Below are positions 26,505 through 38,202 of a stretch of 64,000 nt of DNA, piece by piece (the first letter of the stretch is position 1; every line of letters starts with the position of its first letter). Source of the stretch: Sphaerodactylus townsendi (taxonomy: Eukaryota); the NCBI RefSeq assembly GCF_021028975.2, contig NC_059436.1, forward strand, positions 2,480,001-2,544,000, written 5' to 3'. The notes below the pieces were generated by a model. It had not been told where the DNA came from and did no database searches. It saw only the letters and a program-made list of their open reading frames with translations. Position numbers and translations under genes: made by a program.

Positions 26505-27000
26505 TTTGTTTCTATTTATTTATTTATGACATTTACATCCCATCTCTCCCTCATTAGGGGCAATGCAGGTGGCTAACAATTAAAGCAAGCTCAATACAAA
26601 TCCATCATAAAACCTACTAAAAATCAAGGCTAAGAATATACATAAAGCAAAGTAAAACATTAATGGAGGAAGGATCATTGAGATAACATGAAAAAGTCTT
26701 TACTCAGTAGCAGACGACAGTGACAGAGAAAGATAGACAAATATCTCAAACAAATATAATGTTGACACCATGACTGAGAAGCCCTTCTCTTGGCTTGCCA
26801 CCTGTCTAGCCTTCAAAAGCAGAGCCTCAGAAGATGATAATAGTGATTGGGTAGGCTTGTATGGAAGTAAGTGGTCCTTAAAGTATGTTGGTCCAAAACA
26901 GTATAGAGCTTTAACCGTCAACCCCTGCCTTTGAATTCACCAGAAACAGATTGGATCGTCCCTGTGATCCTATCCAGTCAAAATCTTGGCTGCAGCATTT
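26505..27000 (-). mobile_element. Decayed L2-clade LINE 3' end with (TAAA)n tail
   Basis: Track ORF 26700..26921 KALYCFGPTYFKDHLLPY is similar to L2 KALRGLGPSYLRDRL; tttatttat tail at 26516. Confidence 0.6.
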
Positions 27001-27109
27001 TCCCCCTCCCAGCATGAATTGATTGTCAACATCTGTGATGTCTGGTTCTTTTTTTTTAAAAAAATGGTTCTTTACTTTTCTTTTTGTTTCTTTCTTGCAT
27101 CATCCAAAG

Positions 27110-27208
27110 AAAGCTATCCATCCAGGGGCTGGTTATGAAGGTATCTCTGAATACAAGTCAGTTGTCTACTATCAAGTCAAGCAGCCATGCTGGTATGAAA
27201 CTGTAAAG
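27110..27208 (+). CDS. DOCK5: DOCK5 exon 15 (DHR-1): [33 protein letters not shown]
   Basis: ccaaag| (AAG acceptor) ... |gtgaga; 99 nt. Confidence 0.93.
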
Positions 27209-27352
27209 GTGAGATTGTGTATTGAGGGTCATTGAGTTCTACTGGTGCCAGAATTGTGATGTATTTCCCCTGTGCTATGAATCCGATATTGGCATGTTCA
27301 TTGTTCAGGAAATCACAGTTGTGAGACGAATCTTGCAATGCCATGTTTGATT

Positions 27353-27406
27353 ATATTTCAGAATGGGGTTTAATATTTCAGAATGGGATTTAATATTTCA
27401 GAATGG
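27353..27406. repeat. 20-bp minisatellite, about 2.7 copies (atatttcagaatggggttta)
   Basis: Seen directly. Confidence 0.85.
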
Positions 27407-27667
27407 TATCTAGGGACATGTACCAGTGCTTGTTACGTGCAAATTGAAATTGCTGCAGTGGAAATCCTTCAGTGAGATATTGGAACTTGATCAAAATTAA
27501 ATGAAGTGAATAAATTAATGGTATTCAGTAGACAGATTCTGGGCCCAAAACTGAATACAGGTTCTACTGTTAGACAAATAAGGAATCATATCCTTGTTGT
27601 TAACCATGCCCATATACTTTACACAGTGCAGATATAATGTATGCGTTGCAGATTAAACCAGTCCAAT

Positions 27668-27929
27668 CAGAGCCATATCTAGGGAAAATGTAGCCTGGTG
27701 CAAAATCTGCATTTTCTGTTCCCCCCCCCCCCCCCCCCGGGGGGTTTGGGCAGCCGCTCTCCCCCACCATGACCAAACAAACTTTTTTTCCACCAGGTCT
27801 TGAAGTCAGTGTATGGACCTGGAGGGAAGGAGGAGGGGTTTGGGGGCGATTTTCCGCCCCCCACATGACTAAATGGCTGCTGCCCAAGGATATTTGACCC
27901 CATATTCCCCCCTGGACAGTACACCCCTG
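27668..27929. mobile_element. Short hAT-like MITE related to 3851-4910
   Basis: CAG...CTG termini; caaaatctg..ttt..ccccc left end shared with 3863-3900; TSD only partly conserved (agtccaat / agtcagac). Confidence 0.55.
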
Positions 27930-28781
27930 AGTCAGACATCTTCCCTGCTTGACTATCATAGAAACTCAATTCTCATCAGGTCTCTCTTTCCATTTATATT
28001 CAGCTGCTTTGCAATGGAAAAATTAAGCTTGTCCTAGATTCTGAGTATTATAGTCTGTGATTAATGTGATGGCTTCGGACAAGCCAATGGATATCTTATT
28101 ATTATGCTTTACTTAAAAACAGGAAATGCATCTGAGATTCACATGAATATAAATTGTTAATTTCTGATATATGGTTCACTAGCAACTCTAGCATATATTT
28201 CATCAAGCAGTTGAAGTTGTGTTGGAATAATGGCCAGGTTTGCAGGTTCACAAATCAAATTGCTGGTGGCAGAAATGCAAATCTTCAGCCTGTTGACTCG
28301 GGCTTCTTAAACCTTTTGTTGCACGTAGGGTGCGGCTCAATTTATACCCTGCCTTTTTATTACTGTTGTCAAGGTGGCTAGTGACATTGCTGTTATGCAG
28401 TGAAAACAATTTGTTACCAAACAAAGAGGGAAAAAGAATAAAGGCATGAAAGATGTTTCTTGGTGGAAACTCAGAGATCTGGATTTAGCCATTCTCTTTG
28501 ATGTGGTTGTTTAAAGGTCAGCTGCCCTGTAAGATAGGTTAGGTTGGCTGAGTGAGTGGCCTAGAGTACCCAGTGAGTTTCATGACAGAGTGGTAGTCTG
28601 AGACTGGAACTCCCAAATTCTAGCCATTAAAACCACAATGCCACACTCATTCCAGGTGGCACAATCCCAGCAATTGTGTGCCTCCACCCATATTCACATC
28701 CAGTCACAATCCAATCCATCACACATGTTTTGTCAGTGGTTGTCATTCATATACAATTTCTTACTGTCATATGACATGCAG

Positions 28782-28854
28782 GTATCCATTGCAATAGAAG
28801 AGGTTAGCCGTTGCCATTTGAGGTTCACCTTCCGTCATCGCTCATCACAGGAAT
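28782..28854 (+). CDS. DOCK5: DOCK5 exon 16 (DHR-1): VSIAIEEVSRCHLRFTFRHRSSQE(S)
   Basis: atgcag| ... |gtaagt; 73 nt. Confidence 0.95.
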
Positions 28855-28861
28855 GTAAGTA

Positions 28862-29791
28862 CCGTATATACTCATGTATAAGTCGAATTTTTCAGCACAT
28901 TTTTAATGCTGAAAAAGCTCCCCTCAACTTATACGCGGGTCATTAAAATTTTTTTTGTGTTTTTACTTTGCTGGCCAGCAGGGGGCGCAGTTTTTATGCT
29001 AGTGACACCAAATTGTCAGGGTACCCTCAGAAGACACTCCTGATGATACCAGCCAAGTTTGGTAAAGTTTGGTTCAGGGGGTCCAAAGTCATGGACCCCC
29101 AAAGGAGGTGCCCCCATTCTCCATTGTTTTCAATGGGAGCTATTAGTAGATGGGGCTACTCTTTTGAGGGTCCATAACTTTGGACCCTCTGAACCAAACT
29201 TCACCAAACCTGGCTGGTCTCATCAGGAGAGTCTCTTTATGATACCAGCCAGGTTTGGTGAAGTTTGGGTCACGGGATCCAAAGTTATTGATCCCCAAAA
29301 GGGTGCCCCATCCCCCATTGTTTACAATGGAAGCTAATAGTAGATTTTCCATTTCTGATAATATCCCTCTTAAAATCTAAGTTGAGTTACATTTGGACAT
29401 ACAGATGTTGATGAAGAATCCAGTTTTGAAGGATTTTAACTCTTGTGTTTTAGCTTGGTTGCTGATTGAGCTAAGGTTTTTGTACTTTTAAAGTTATTGT
29501 TGATACCATATTGTTATTGTTGTTACCATATTGTTTTTGTTGACCCTCTTTTCCACTTACAGAGCCAGTTTACTGTTTTTCTTTGAAATAAATATTCAAA
29601 AACATTTAACCTATTGATGCCTCAATTGATGTAATTTTATTGGTATCTATTTTTATTTTTGAAATTTACCAGCAGCTGCTACATTTCCCACCCTCGACTT
29701 ATACGCGAGTCAATAAGTTTTCCCAGCTTTTTGTGGTAAAATTAGGTACCTCGACTTATATGCGGGTCGACTTATACACGAGTATATACGG
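28862..29791. mobile_element. Non-autonomous Tc1/mariner-superfamily (Tc2-type, CCGTA ends) element, 930 bp
   Basis: 25-bp TIR CCGTATATACTC(A/G)TGTATAAGTCGA, 24/25 match; TA TSD at 28860-61 and 29792-93; subterminal cctcgacttata repeats. Confidence 0.9.
28972..28990 (+). promoter_or_regulatory. Candidate CTCF motif TGGCCAGCAGGGGGCGCAG (TE-borne)
   Basis: Near-consensus match to TGGCCACCAGGGGGCGCTA, with the CpG intact; binding not shown. Confidence 0.5.
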
Positions 29792-29934
29792 TACTCCAAA
29801 ACTAAAACCAAGGAAAACTGGGCACTTTTTAAGCTTGACACAGTCAAGTACTTGTGGAAGTCACAGATCTAATTAGCAATTATATTCCAGGTATTGTTAA
29901 CAGCATCCTTGCAATTTTTTGCTGTCAAATCACA

Positions 29935-30175
29935 GCTGTCAAGTCACCCCTGTAGGGTTTTTTAAGGCAAGAGTTGTTCAGATGTAGTTTGCCATTGCCT
30001 GCCTCCATGTCACACCCTTGGGATTCTTTGGAGGTCTCTCATTCCAATATTTGCCGGGACTGAAGCTGAGAGTGCGTTACTGGCCCAAGGTCACCCAACA
30101 TGTTTTCCTGGCAGAGTGGGAATTCGAACCTGGGTTTCCCAGATCTTAGTCTGACAACTTTAACCACTACATTAT
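29935..30175 (-). mobile_element. 5S-type SINE fragment joined to a tRNA-type SINE fragment
   Basis: gtttgccattgcctgcctc..ggaggtctctcattccaatatt followed by ggcccaaggtcacccaa..gggaattcgaacctggg. Confidence 0.55.
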
Positions 30176-30294
30176 GCAGGCCATCATCATTACATTGCAG
30201 AATTCTGGCAAAATGACATCTATTCCATACAGAGAAGTGTCAGTGTGGTTCTGGATTATGCCAGCAAAGATCTTTTTCTTTTCTTTTCCTGCAG

Positions 30295-30398
30295 CACGAG
30301 ATAAATCTGAGAAGGCTTTTGGAATGGCCTTTGTGAAACTGATGAATGCAGATGGTACTACCCTACAAGACGGCAGACATAACTTAATAGTCTACAAG
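30295..30398 (+). CDS. DOCK5: DOCK5 exon 17 (DHR-1): [34 protein letters not shown]
   Basis: ctgcag| ... |gtacct; 104 nt. Confidence 0.95.
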
Positions 30399-30585
30399 GT
30401 ACCCTTTTCTCCCTGGGGTTGTGGGAGAAGAATAGTGATGACACAATTACTCTCATGATGGAATTTCTTTATGTCGCTGTAACGTCCATTACCCCTTAGA
30501 TAAAACCAACGTAATCTGGATTGGTTGTAGCTAAGATTGTTGGGTTTAAAGTGTCTGAAGTTTATTTTCCTTTTTTAACCTGCAG

Positions 30586-30778
30586 GGGGAGAACAAGAAA
30601 ATGGAAGATGCTAAATACTACTTAACACTTCCTAGCACCAAAATGGAAATAGAGGACAGGGATGGTCCTTCAGTTAAGCATCAGCCTCATGTAACCAACT
30701 TTACTCTGACCAAAGACAGCACAAAAGATAGCTTTCAGATTGCCACTCTCATCTGCTCTACAAAGTTGACGCAGAATG
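30586..30778 (+). CDS. DOCK5: DOCK5 exon 18 (DHR-1 end): GENKKMEDAKYYLTLPSTKMEIEDRDGPSVKHQPHVTNFTLTKDSTKDSFQIATLICSTKLTQN(V)
   Basis: ctgcag| ... |gtaaga; 193 nt. Confidence 0.95.
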
Positions 30779-32946
30779 GTAAGATTTGCGGCTGACAGAA
30801 CAGGGGAAATGCAGAGATGGGGTATCCTAAATAACTACCAGCAGGGCTGATGTTCATTTAAAGAAGCCGTAGTCTGGGATAAATGGCTTCCACACATGGG
30901 TGTTGAATATAAGCATTCCATATCGTTTGCTTGGCATGCAAACCCGGATCCCTGCTGAGGGTCTGAGGCTGAGGTGATAAGCTTGGCTCCACTCCCCACC
31001 CCCTGGTGTGTCTGGCCAAGTACAGTCTGTCTGTCTCACCTCTTTCCCTTCCCTTTGGCTGGCCAAAAGGCCGTAACAATAAATATCTATCTTTCCCTTC
31101 CCTCTGTTTGCTGAAAGCCTAGCATCCTCACCCCCAAATGTAGAGGTTTTTTTTGACACATTGAACCAAAACATATTGCCTACACCTGCCTTAACCAATT
31201 GATCATATAGGTTTAAAACAGATTGTTCTTGCATGCATATGAATAAAACAATCACTCGGGGAGAAAACAATCCTTTTTTATAAGTGTATTTAAAAACAGT
31301 TAACAATTTGTTTCACGATTTGCTTCCCAGTTAATTGGGAAGTGCTTTTTAAAAAAAATGACCTAATGTTTTTTAATGGGTGAATCTTAAAGCTGCAGCA
31401 ATGATTGTAAGCCCTCGGTGCTCATGTGAATGTGTTGTTCTGTTTACCCGCTTAATATATATTCAAATGTTGAGAAAATGTGTGGTCTTCCTGAGGCTGT
31501 GTAATTCAAGAGGTGGGGGGTGTGGGTGTCACGTTTCTGAACACTCTCCCAAGTAGTCAACTCCCATGCTTGAAAAACTAAACTGTCCCGAGTGTTAACT
31601 AGGCTGCGCCATTGTCATTCTTGAACTGTCTTTGCAAAAGCAGCAAGCCATTGATGTGGGAAAGAATTCTTAAGCATAGTGCCTTTTTGTAGTCTGAAGG
31701 ATGCAGGCCCAGAATGATTGCATCTTTCACCATAATTTTTGCATTGTGTTGGCGTGGTCCCAGGAGAACTATGCCAAGTGCTTTTCATGCTAGTTTGGCT
31801 CTTGCACTATTGAAGGCATCAAAATGTGCATACAACACAGTGAGATAGGAGTTCCTGTGATAACAGAGTGGACTGTATTGTTTCAGGGTGCAAGGTGCCA
31901 CTTGTTTCCTTCTAGTAGAAAGCAAGACTTCTACTTACAAACAATATTTTTACATAAGGGTACATTATAAAATGTGTTTCTTTACTCTACTTGTCATTCC
32001 TACTTCATTCTGCTGCAAGCATATATAGACTAGGCACTACTTGGTTTATGTTTAATAGTGATTGTTATGTTACCTAAAGTAGCCTAGGTGAAACTTACAC
32101 ATTGTTTTTCCTGGGATTTTATCATCCTGCCTTAAAAAAAATTAAGCAGCAGTTATCTGAGTTTTATCCTATCCTACCTCAAGGTTAAATTTCAGGAAAA
32201 ATATATGCAGAAATCTTGGAGGTGTTTGCTAGATAGTTATCACAGACAGCATCACTGCTTCTGTGCCGTTTTTTTTCCCGGACTTAATTGTATTGCATGT
32301 ATCCTCTGATGGAACAGCATGTACAGGGTGGTGGCTTCTTCCAGTTCTTTTCTCCCATCATTGACCTCCCCCACTTTGTCCCCTAAGCTGCTTTTGGAGA
32401 TTAGATGGCACCCCTCCCTCCAGCCCCAGTAGGTTACAGGACTTAGTAGGCTACAGCAGGAGTGATAAGCAGAAAAACCCTACTCAACAAAGACTTCACA
32501 TGTTGGAATGAGTGCCATAGAGTCTGAGCATATAACAAGGTAAAGTAGATTTAGTTAATTGACTGATAAGGTGCATTATTAGAGGAATAAACAAGATACT
32601 TGAATCATAAACAGGTTTGATGATTATGTTAATTACACAGGTATTGATTACATTTTGTTGTTTCACCATAATAGTTAATAAATTATCATATCCTTTAGCA
32701 CGGACAGACATGGCCAATAACTTTGACCATCAATGAGTGCTTGTGTTTCTTGTTAGAAATGCCTGCAATAATCAGAAGTGGCCAGTAAGAGGAGCTTTGC
32801 AATGCTGCTAGGCTAAAGCCCCTCTGCCCTAGTTAATGCCACCATAATAAATGAATGACCTGTATACAGCCACAGAATTCTGAAGACTTAAGGGCACATG
32901 AGCTTTCTTACAAAGGGAACATATACTTGTGTGCTGGTTTCTCCTA

Positions 32947-33087
32947 GGTCCCTTCCGCACACACAAAATAATGCGTTTTCAAACCACTTTCACAACTGTT
33001 TGCAAGTGGATTTTGCTATTCCGCACAGCCTCAAAGAGCACTGAAAGCAGTTTGAAAGTGCATTATTTTGCATGTGCGGAATGAGCC
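32947..33087. mobile_element. 141-bp palindromic PIF/Harbinger-like MITE
   Basis: TIR GGTCCCTTCCGCAC / GTGCGGAATGAGCC, 3-bp TSD CTA. Confidence 0.82.
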
Positions 33088-33545
33088 CTAGTCTACTGCA
33101 GCTCACAAAGATATTTCACCACTTCCCTCAAGAAATGTTGTTCCTGATGATCTGCATAGTGGGTTCTGCAGTGTAGGTTATCATCATCCTTTCTTAGGAA
33201 AACCTGAATGTCCTTGAGATGACAGAATGTGGTTGTATCCAGGCCGTCAATTGTGTTTCTGCTGTGATTTTAACCTATCCTTCCTCCTCCAAGGAAGCTG
33301 AGGGGTGATCTACATGATTCTCCTTCCTCAGTTTTATCCTGTGAGGAAGGTTTGACTGAGAGACAGACAGTGTCTTGCTCAAAATCACCCAGTAAGCTTC
33401 ATGGCTGTGGGGGGATTTTAATCCAGCACTTTACAGTCCTAGTTTGAGGTTCCACCAGTACACTGACTGTTTGTTAAGGCCTTCTCATAATTTAAAAACT
33501 AGTTTATCGGACCTATATATATATGCAGGTAGATATAATATGCAG

Positions 33546-33750
33546 GCCCTTGCTGGGTGGCCCAAGGTAGCCTGATCCTGGAAGCTATGCTGGGTCAGCC
33601 CTGGTTAGTACTTAGATGGAAGAGCACCAAAGAAGTCCAGGGTTCCTACCCAGAGACAGGCAATGTCAAGCCACCTTTGTTCATCTCTTGCCTTGGAAGC
33701 CTATGGTGTTGCTATAGGTTGACTGAGACTTGACAGCAGTTTCCACCACC
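33546..33750 (+). mobile_element. 5S rRNA-headed SINE
   Basis: ggaagctatgctgggtcagccctggttagtacttagatggaagag resembles the 5S internal control region; tail shared with 38203-38406. Confidence 0.65.
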
Positions 33751-35322
33751 ATAATATGGCACTCTGCCAATTCGTGGGTTTGATTTGCACATAAACAAAT
33801 GCAATCTACGATTCCAAAACAGGCTTGGGAATCATGTGTGGTTAGCAGTGTCTGGGTGGTGCTAAGTTGAATTCCATGTTCACCTGCGTAAACAAAATGT
33901 GTGCACAATTACCACATCAAGGGAGCAATTCTAAGTAGTTTTACTCAGAAATGAGACTTATTTTTGTTCAATGAGGCTTACTCCCAAAAAGGTGCTGTTA
34001 GGGTTGCAGCCTTAAAGTCTTAACTAGTCCTTGGTGCTCATGAGTATACAGGGAAAGGAGGGGAGCACCTTGTCGTGCAATGATCTTTTATTATTGGTCA
34101 TCTGTACAACTGTGTTTTTCACAGCAACCCTGCAAAGTAGATAATGATTAATCTCAGTATAAAGATGGGGACTGATATTGGCAGTTAATCAATAAGTTCT
34201 CCCTGACAACTAGTTTATGGCTGAATGGGAGTTTGAATCTTGGCGAGCCACATTCTCTTTCCTCCTAACTATGTTGAATCTCATTTTCCCATTCTGAATC
34301 AGTTGACGTGGAATATAAAGCTTCCTTTAAATCCAAACTCAGCATTTGGCTTTGTGTGTTGAATGTGCTGTTCCATTATAAATCAGATTCAATTCCAGAC
34401 TAGGACTGTAGCTTTCCAAGTCACAGATGCCTACTCATGATGATGAATGGCTTCCATCTAGATCCCCCAGACTGTCTTGAAAGCCTCACTTGTCATTTCT
34501 TGCTAAAATTGTTGCCTACAGAAGCCTATGGAATGGTGGAATCCAGCATTACTCTATTTTGTTGAAGGGGGAAAGGACACACGTATGCTTCGTGCTCTCA
34601 AGTTTAAGGAGGCAAAGCTGCTTGTTGAGACAACTCTCGGTTTCATCGACCAGCTTGGAAGTAGGGATTGCTACTTGGGCTGTCTACTTTTAAGACAAGA
34701 GTTGACCTCGCAGTGTTATAGGCCCTTTGCTTTAGTGCAGTGATTCCCAACCTTTTTTCCTTCATGTTAACCTGGGCAACCCATTTCCCTAGAATTGTAC
34801 CCCCATGCCAGCAAACCTATTATGTAATTTCTTTTCATCTACCCTCAAACATTCTGGTGCGTACCCCTGAGAAACGGCTGATTTAGTGAATCTGAGCTCC
34901 TTTAGCAGCTATTGTGTTGACAAATGCTCGGCTAGTCCTGATTGTCCCCAGGAAGTGGTGCGCTGATGAGAGGAACCGAATCGACCCAGGTTCTCTCCTG
35001 CAACAGGGGCCCCATCTTCTTTCCCATGCAGCTACCTGAGATGCAGTGACTGGACATGTGGGGTAGTGGGCCCCGCCTAGGTCTGTTTGTCATTTGGAAG
35101 AAAAGTTACAGCTCACTGTGAAAATATGATAGTACCATGTGAGGAGAGGAGGCATGGATGGAAGGAGAATGTGAGCCGCAGGATCCCACGATCATGTTTG
35201 TGTAATAAGAAACCATATGCTTAGCTCATGTCAGAAATCAACATCACTTCACTTTCTGTCTTGGTCTGTGCTGCTTCTTAACCTGCCTTCATTTTTTTTC
35301 CCTCTCTTTTTGTCCTTGCCAG

Positions 35323-35420
35323 TTGACCTATTGGGACTGCTGAACTGGCGTTCAAACTCCCAAAACATAGGACACAATCTGAAGAAGCTAATGGAAGTGG
35401 ATGGAGGAGAGATTGTGAAG
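35323..35420 (+). CDS. DOCK5: DOCK5 exon 19: DLLGLLNWRSNSQNIGHNLKKLMEVDGGEIVK
   Basis: tgccag| ... |gtacgc; 98 nt. Confidence 0.95.
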
Positions 35421-35730
35421 GTACGCAATGCAGTCAGTTTTGAACAAAATATGTGAATGCACCTGAAGGTTGTTGCTAGCATCTCATTCCTGCTTCAGTT
35501 TTATTCCCATGCGTATGAGATGGATCCAAAGCCACAGAAGAAGAAAGCATATAAAGGTTGATCAATTAGCCAGTGTTTGACCTGTTTTTTTTAAAAAAGC
35601 CAAACTGATCTTTTTTTGATGGATTATCTGCTTTGGCGTAGGCATGACTGTAATCTAATTGGTATCATGATCCATTATACTATTTGGAGAGACTCTGCCA
35701 TGTGACAGTATATGAGCTGATCTTCTAGAG

Positions 35731-35878
35731 CAGGGGTAGGAAACCTGCGGCTCTCCAGATGTTCAGGAACTACAATTCCCATCAGCCCCTACCAGCATGG
35801 CCAATTGGCCATGCTGACAGAGGCTGATGGGAATTGTAGTTCCTGAACATCTGGAGAGCCGCAGGTTCCCTACCCCTG
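35731..35878. mobile_element. 148-bp almost perfectly palindromic hAT (Charlie-like) MITE
   Basis: TIR CAGGGGTAGG; perfect 8-bp TSD TTCTAGAG at 35723-30 and 35879-86. Confidence 0.92.
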
Positions 35879-36285
35879 TTCTAGAGTTAGGAGAAACAAA
35901 AATGAAGCTGGTGGTGCATGCAGTTTGTGCAGATGTATTTTGCAGGATCCAGTTGCAGTCTTTGGTGTTGTACATTCACTTTATTCAGGGAACCATTTGT
36001 ATCTTTGCAGCATCAGAGCTCTGATACGCTTGCTTATCCTTTTATGGGGAGTGCTCCCTAGACATATATTCAAGCGTGGGATGGGGCAGGGGGGTGATTC
36101 CATGCTTAAAAGAGTGTACTTTAGCAGTTAAGCTTCCTTTGTCATGCTAATGCCTTCTGGTTTTTAGTATTTGAGCAATGCCAGCCTCTGGTTCCTAAAA
36201 AGGAATGACAGTTAAAGGGAAATGGAACTTTGTAAGCTGTAGCACAATAATTTTGGTCTCCTCCTCCCCCTTTTTCTGTCTCTAG

Positions 36286-36375
36286 TTCTTACAAGATACG
36301 CTTGATGCACTTTTTAACATAATGATGGAGATGTCAGACAACGAATCCTATGACTTCCTTGTATTTGATGCTCTG
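36286..36375 (+). CDS. DOCK5: DOCK5 exon 20: [30 protein letters not shown]
   Basis: ctctag| ... |gtgagt; 90 nt. Confidence 0.95.
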
Positions 36376-36908
36376 GTGAGTTGCTGTGTCTCATCTGCCT
36401 GCCCCTTGTCTTGTCTGTCACCATATACAATCTGCCAGATCCAAGATTTTTCCAAGTGTTCTGATGTTGCAGCCCAATATGTGTGGAATCAGCTTGTTTT
36501 TTAAGAGGGTCCTTTCTGCTATAGCACAATTTGTGTTCCATCTCTTTCTTTAATTCAGGCATCAGTGCTTGAAGGCTTTCCATTGTAAGATGCGTCTTTG
36601 AGAGGCTTTTAATTTTATGATGGTTCTCAAAATTCTGACTCTGTGGACATTAACAAGCAGCCACTCAAGGGAAAATTTCTTAAAGGACATAAACAGAAGA
36701 ATAATCTGAACTGTCTTGAGCAGTTTTCTCTCAACTGCAGAGTAGCAAAAACAGACCCAGCAGAGGATGTTTCTAGTCTTCCTAAGTGTAAATGAAATGT
36801 AAAAATAACAGTTTCACTGTGAAGTCTTTTATGAAATAACCAGTCTACAGATGATCATTAGATACAACTTCTAGAAAATATCATCAGTCAGTTGGGATTA
36901 CTCCTGAC

Positions 36909-37213
36909 TAGGCTTGGTCAATACCCTAGAAATTCAGTAAAATTCAGATTCGGATTTATTTGGGTATATGCAATATTCGGGTATATGCAAAAAATCCGGT
37001 TCCGTCTGATTTTTTTGTATTTTGGGGGGGTGTTGCATTTTGGCCTGCAGGGGGGAGCATTTTTAACGTTAGTGGCACCAAAATTTCAGGGTGTCATTCA
37101 GAGACTTCCTGATGATACTACCTGAGTTTGGAGCAGTTTGGTTCATAGATGCCAAAGTTATGGACCCTCAAAGGGGTAGCCCCATCTCCTGTTAGCTCCC
37201 ATTGGAAACTATG
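36909..37213. mobile_element. Truncated DNA-transposon-like element carrying the shared palindromic/CTCF module
   Basis: Starts TAGGCTTGGTCA with ttcgg-type repeats; 37035-37213 is homologous to 28965-29100 and to 4600-4670. Confidence 0.55.
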
Positions 37214-37453
37214 CCCTTTTCTCTTGTATCCTTGTTGTTTGCATTGTGTAGTGACTCCATGTCAACCACCAACATCTGTTCAACAGCATTTTGCCCTGGG
37301 GCATTATAAACTATGATGTCTGATTGGAAATGCAGCTGCTGTTGGTACGGCTGAAGCCACCAAATCTCAGTGTGACATGAAACTTAAAATGGAGAAGCAT
37401 AATGGACTCTGATGGCTTTTCTGCTCATGGTGTCCATCTCTCCTTTCCAATAG

Positions 37454-37554
37454 GTATTTATTATTTCTTTGATTGGCGACATCAAGTTTCAACACTTTAA
37501 TCCTGTCCTTGAAACTTACATCTACAAGCACTTCAGTGCCACCTTGGCCTATGT
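37454..37554 (+). CDS. DOCK5: DOCK5 exon 21: [33 protein letters not shown](V)
   Basis: caatag| ... |gtaagt; 101 nt. Confidence 0.95.
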
Positions 37555-38202
37555 GTAAGTACTCAGTTGAGTAATTGCTGACAGTATTCTTCCTACAGAT
37601 GACTAACTGTGTGCTGATCATGTGATTCAAACTGGATGCTTGTGTCTGTTCTTGGCAATTATGCAGCAAGTCTTTCTTGAGGAGAATCTCTAGGCTAGAG
37701 ATTCAAGATGCTTTTATTTGAAAGGGATGTTGGACAAAAGGAGTTTAACAGATATAAACAGGTTACTGTAGTGCATGGGGCTGGTCTTGAAAATAGCCTG
37801 GAAGATTCAGGGGCTCCAAAATACAACCACTTGTTGATTGATATAAAGCACTATGATCAGTTGAAGCATCTTTATTGGTCTCATGCACTTACATGTACCC
37901 TTGCATTAGCATTTGTTAGACCTGCTCCAACTTCCAGAGGTCTTTGGAAAGGAGTAGGGCTTTCTGGGTGGTGGCCCATGATCTGCGGTGGACTTACTTC
38001 AAGGCAGAGCTTTAGATGGTATGCAAAGTTTTTCTGCAAGACAGTGAAAGAACATCCGCTAAAGCCTGGTTTTGGAGAACTGATGAAGGGTTGATGGAAA
38101 AGTTTTGATTCTTGTGTTCTGTTCTTCTGCTCTGCTTCTGTGAGTCTAATGTTGGTTATTCAGTCACTTGAGGGACTTTATATCTATGTTCTGAAGATTG
38201 AT

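Noticed and set aside
28782-28790. GTATCCATT directly after the acceptor, resembling a U12 donor or recursive splice site
   Set aside because: It is coding sequence (VSI) and mismatches the U12 consensus RTATCCTTT. All introns here read as ordinary GT-AG.
29030-29340. Repeat-spacer-like palindromic pattern (CRISPR-like)
   Set aside because: This is a eukaryotic intron. The arms alternate in orientation, the spacers are themselves repeated, and there are no cas genes.
33546-33640. 5S rRNA or tRNA genes
   Set aside because: All such matches in the window are partial, decayed and fused to SINE bodies.
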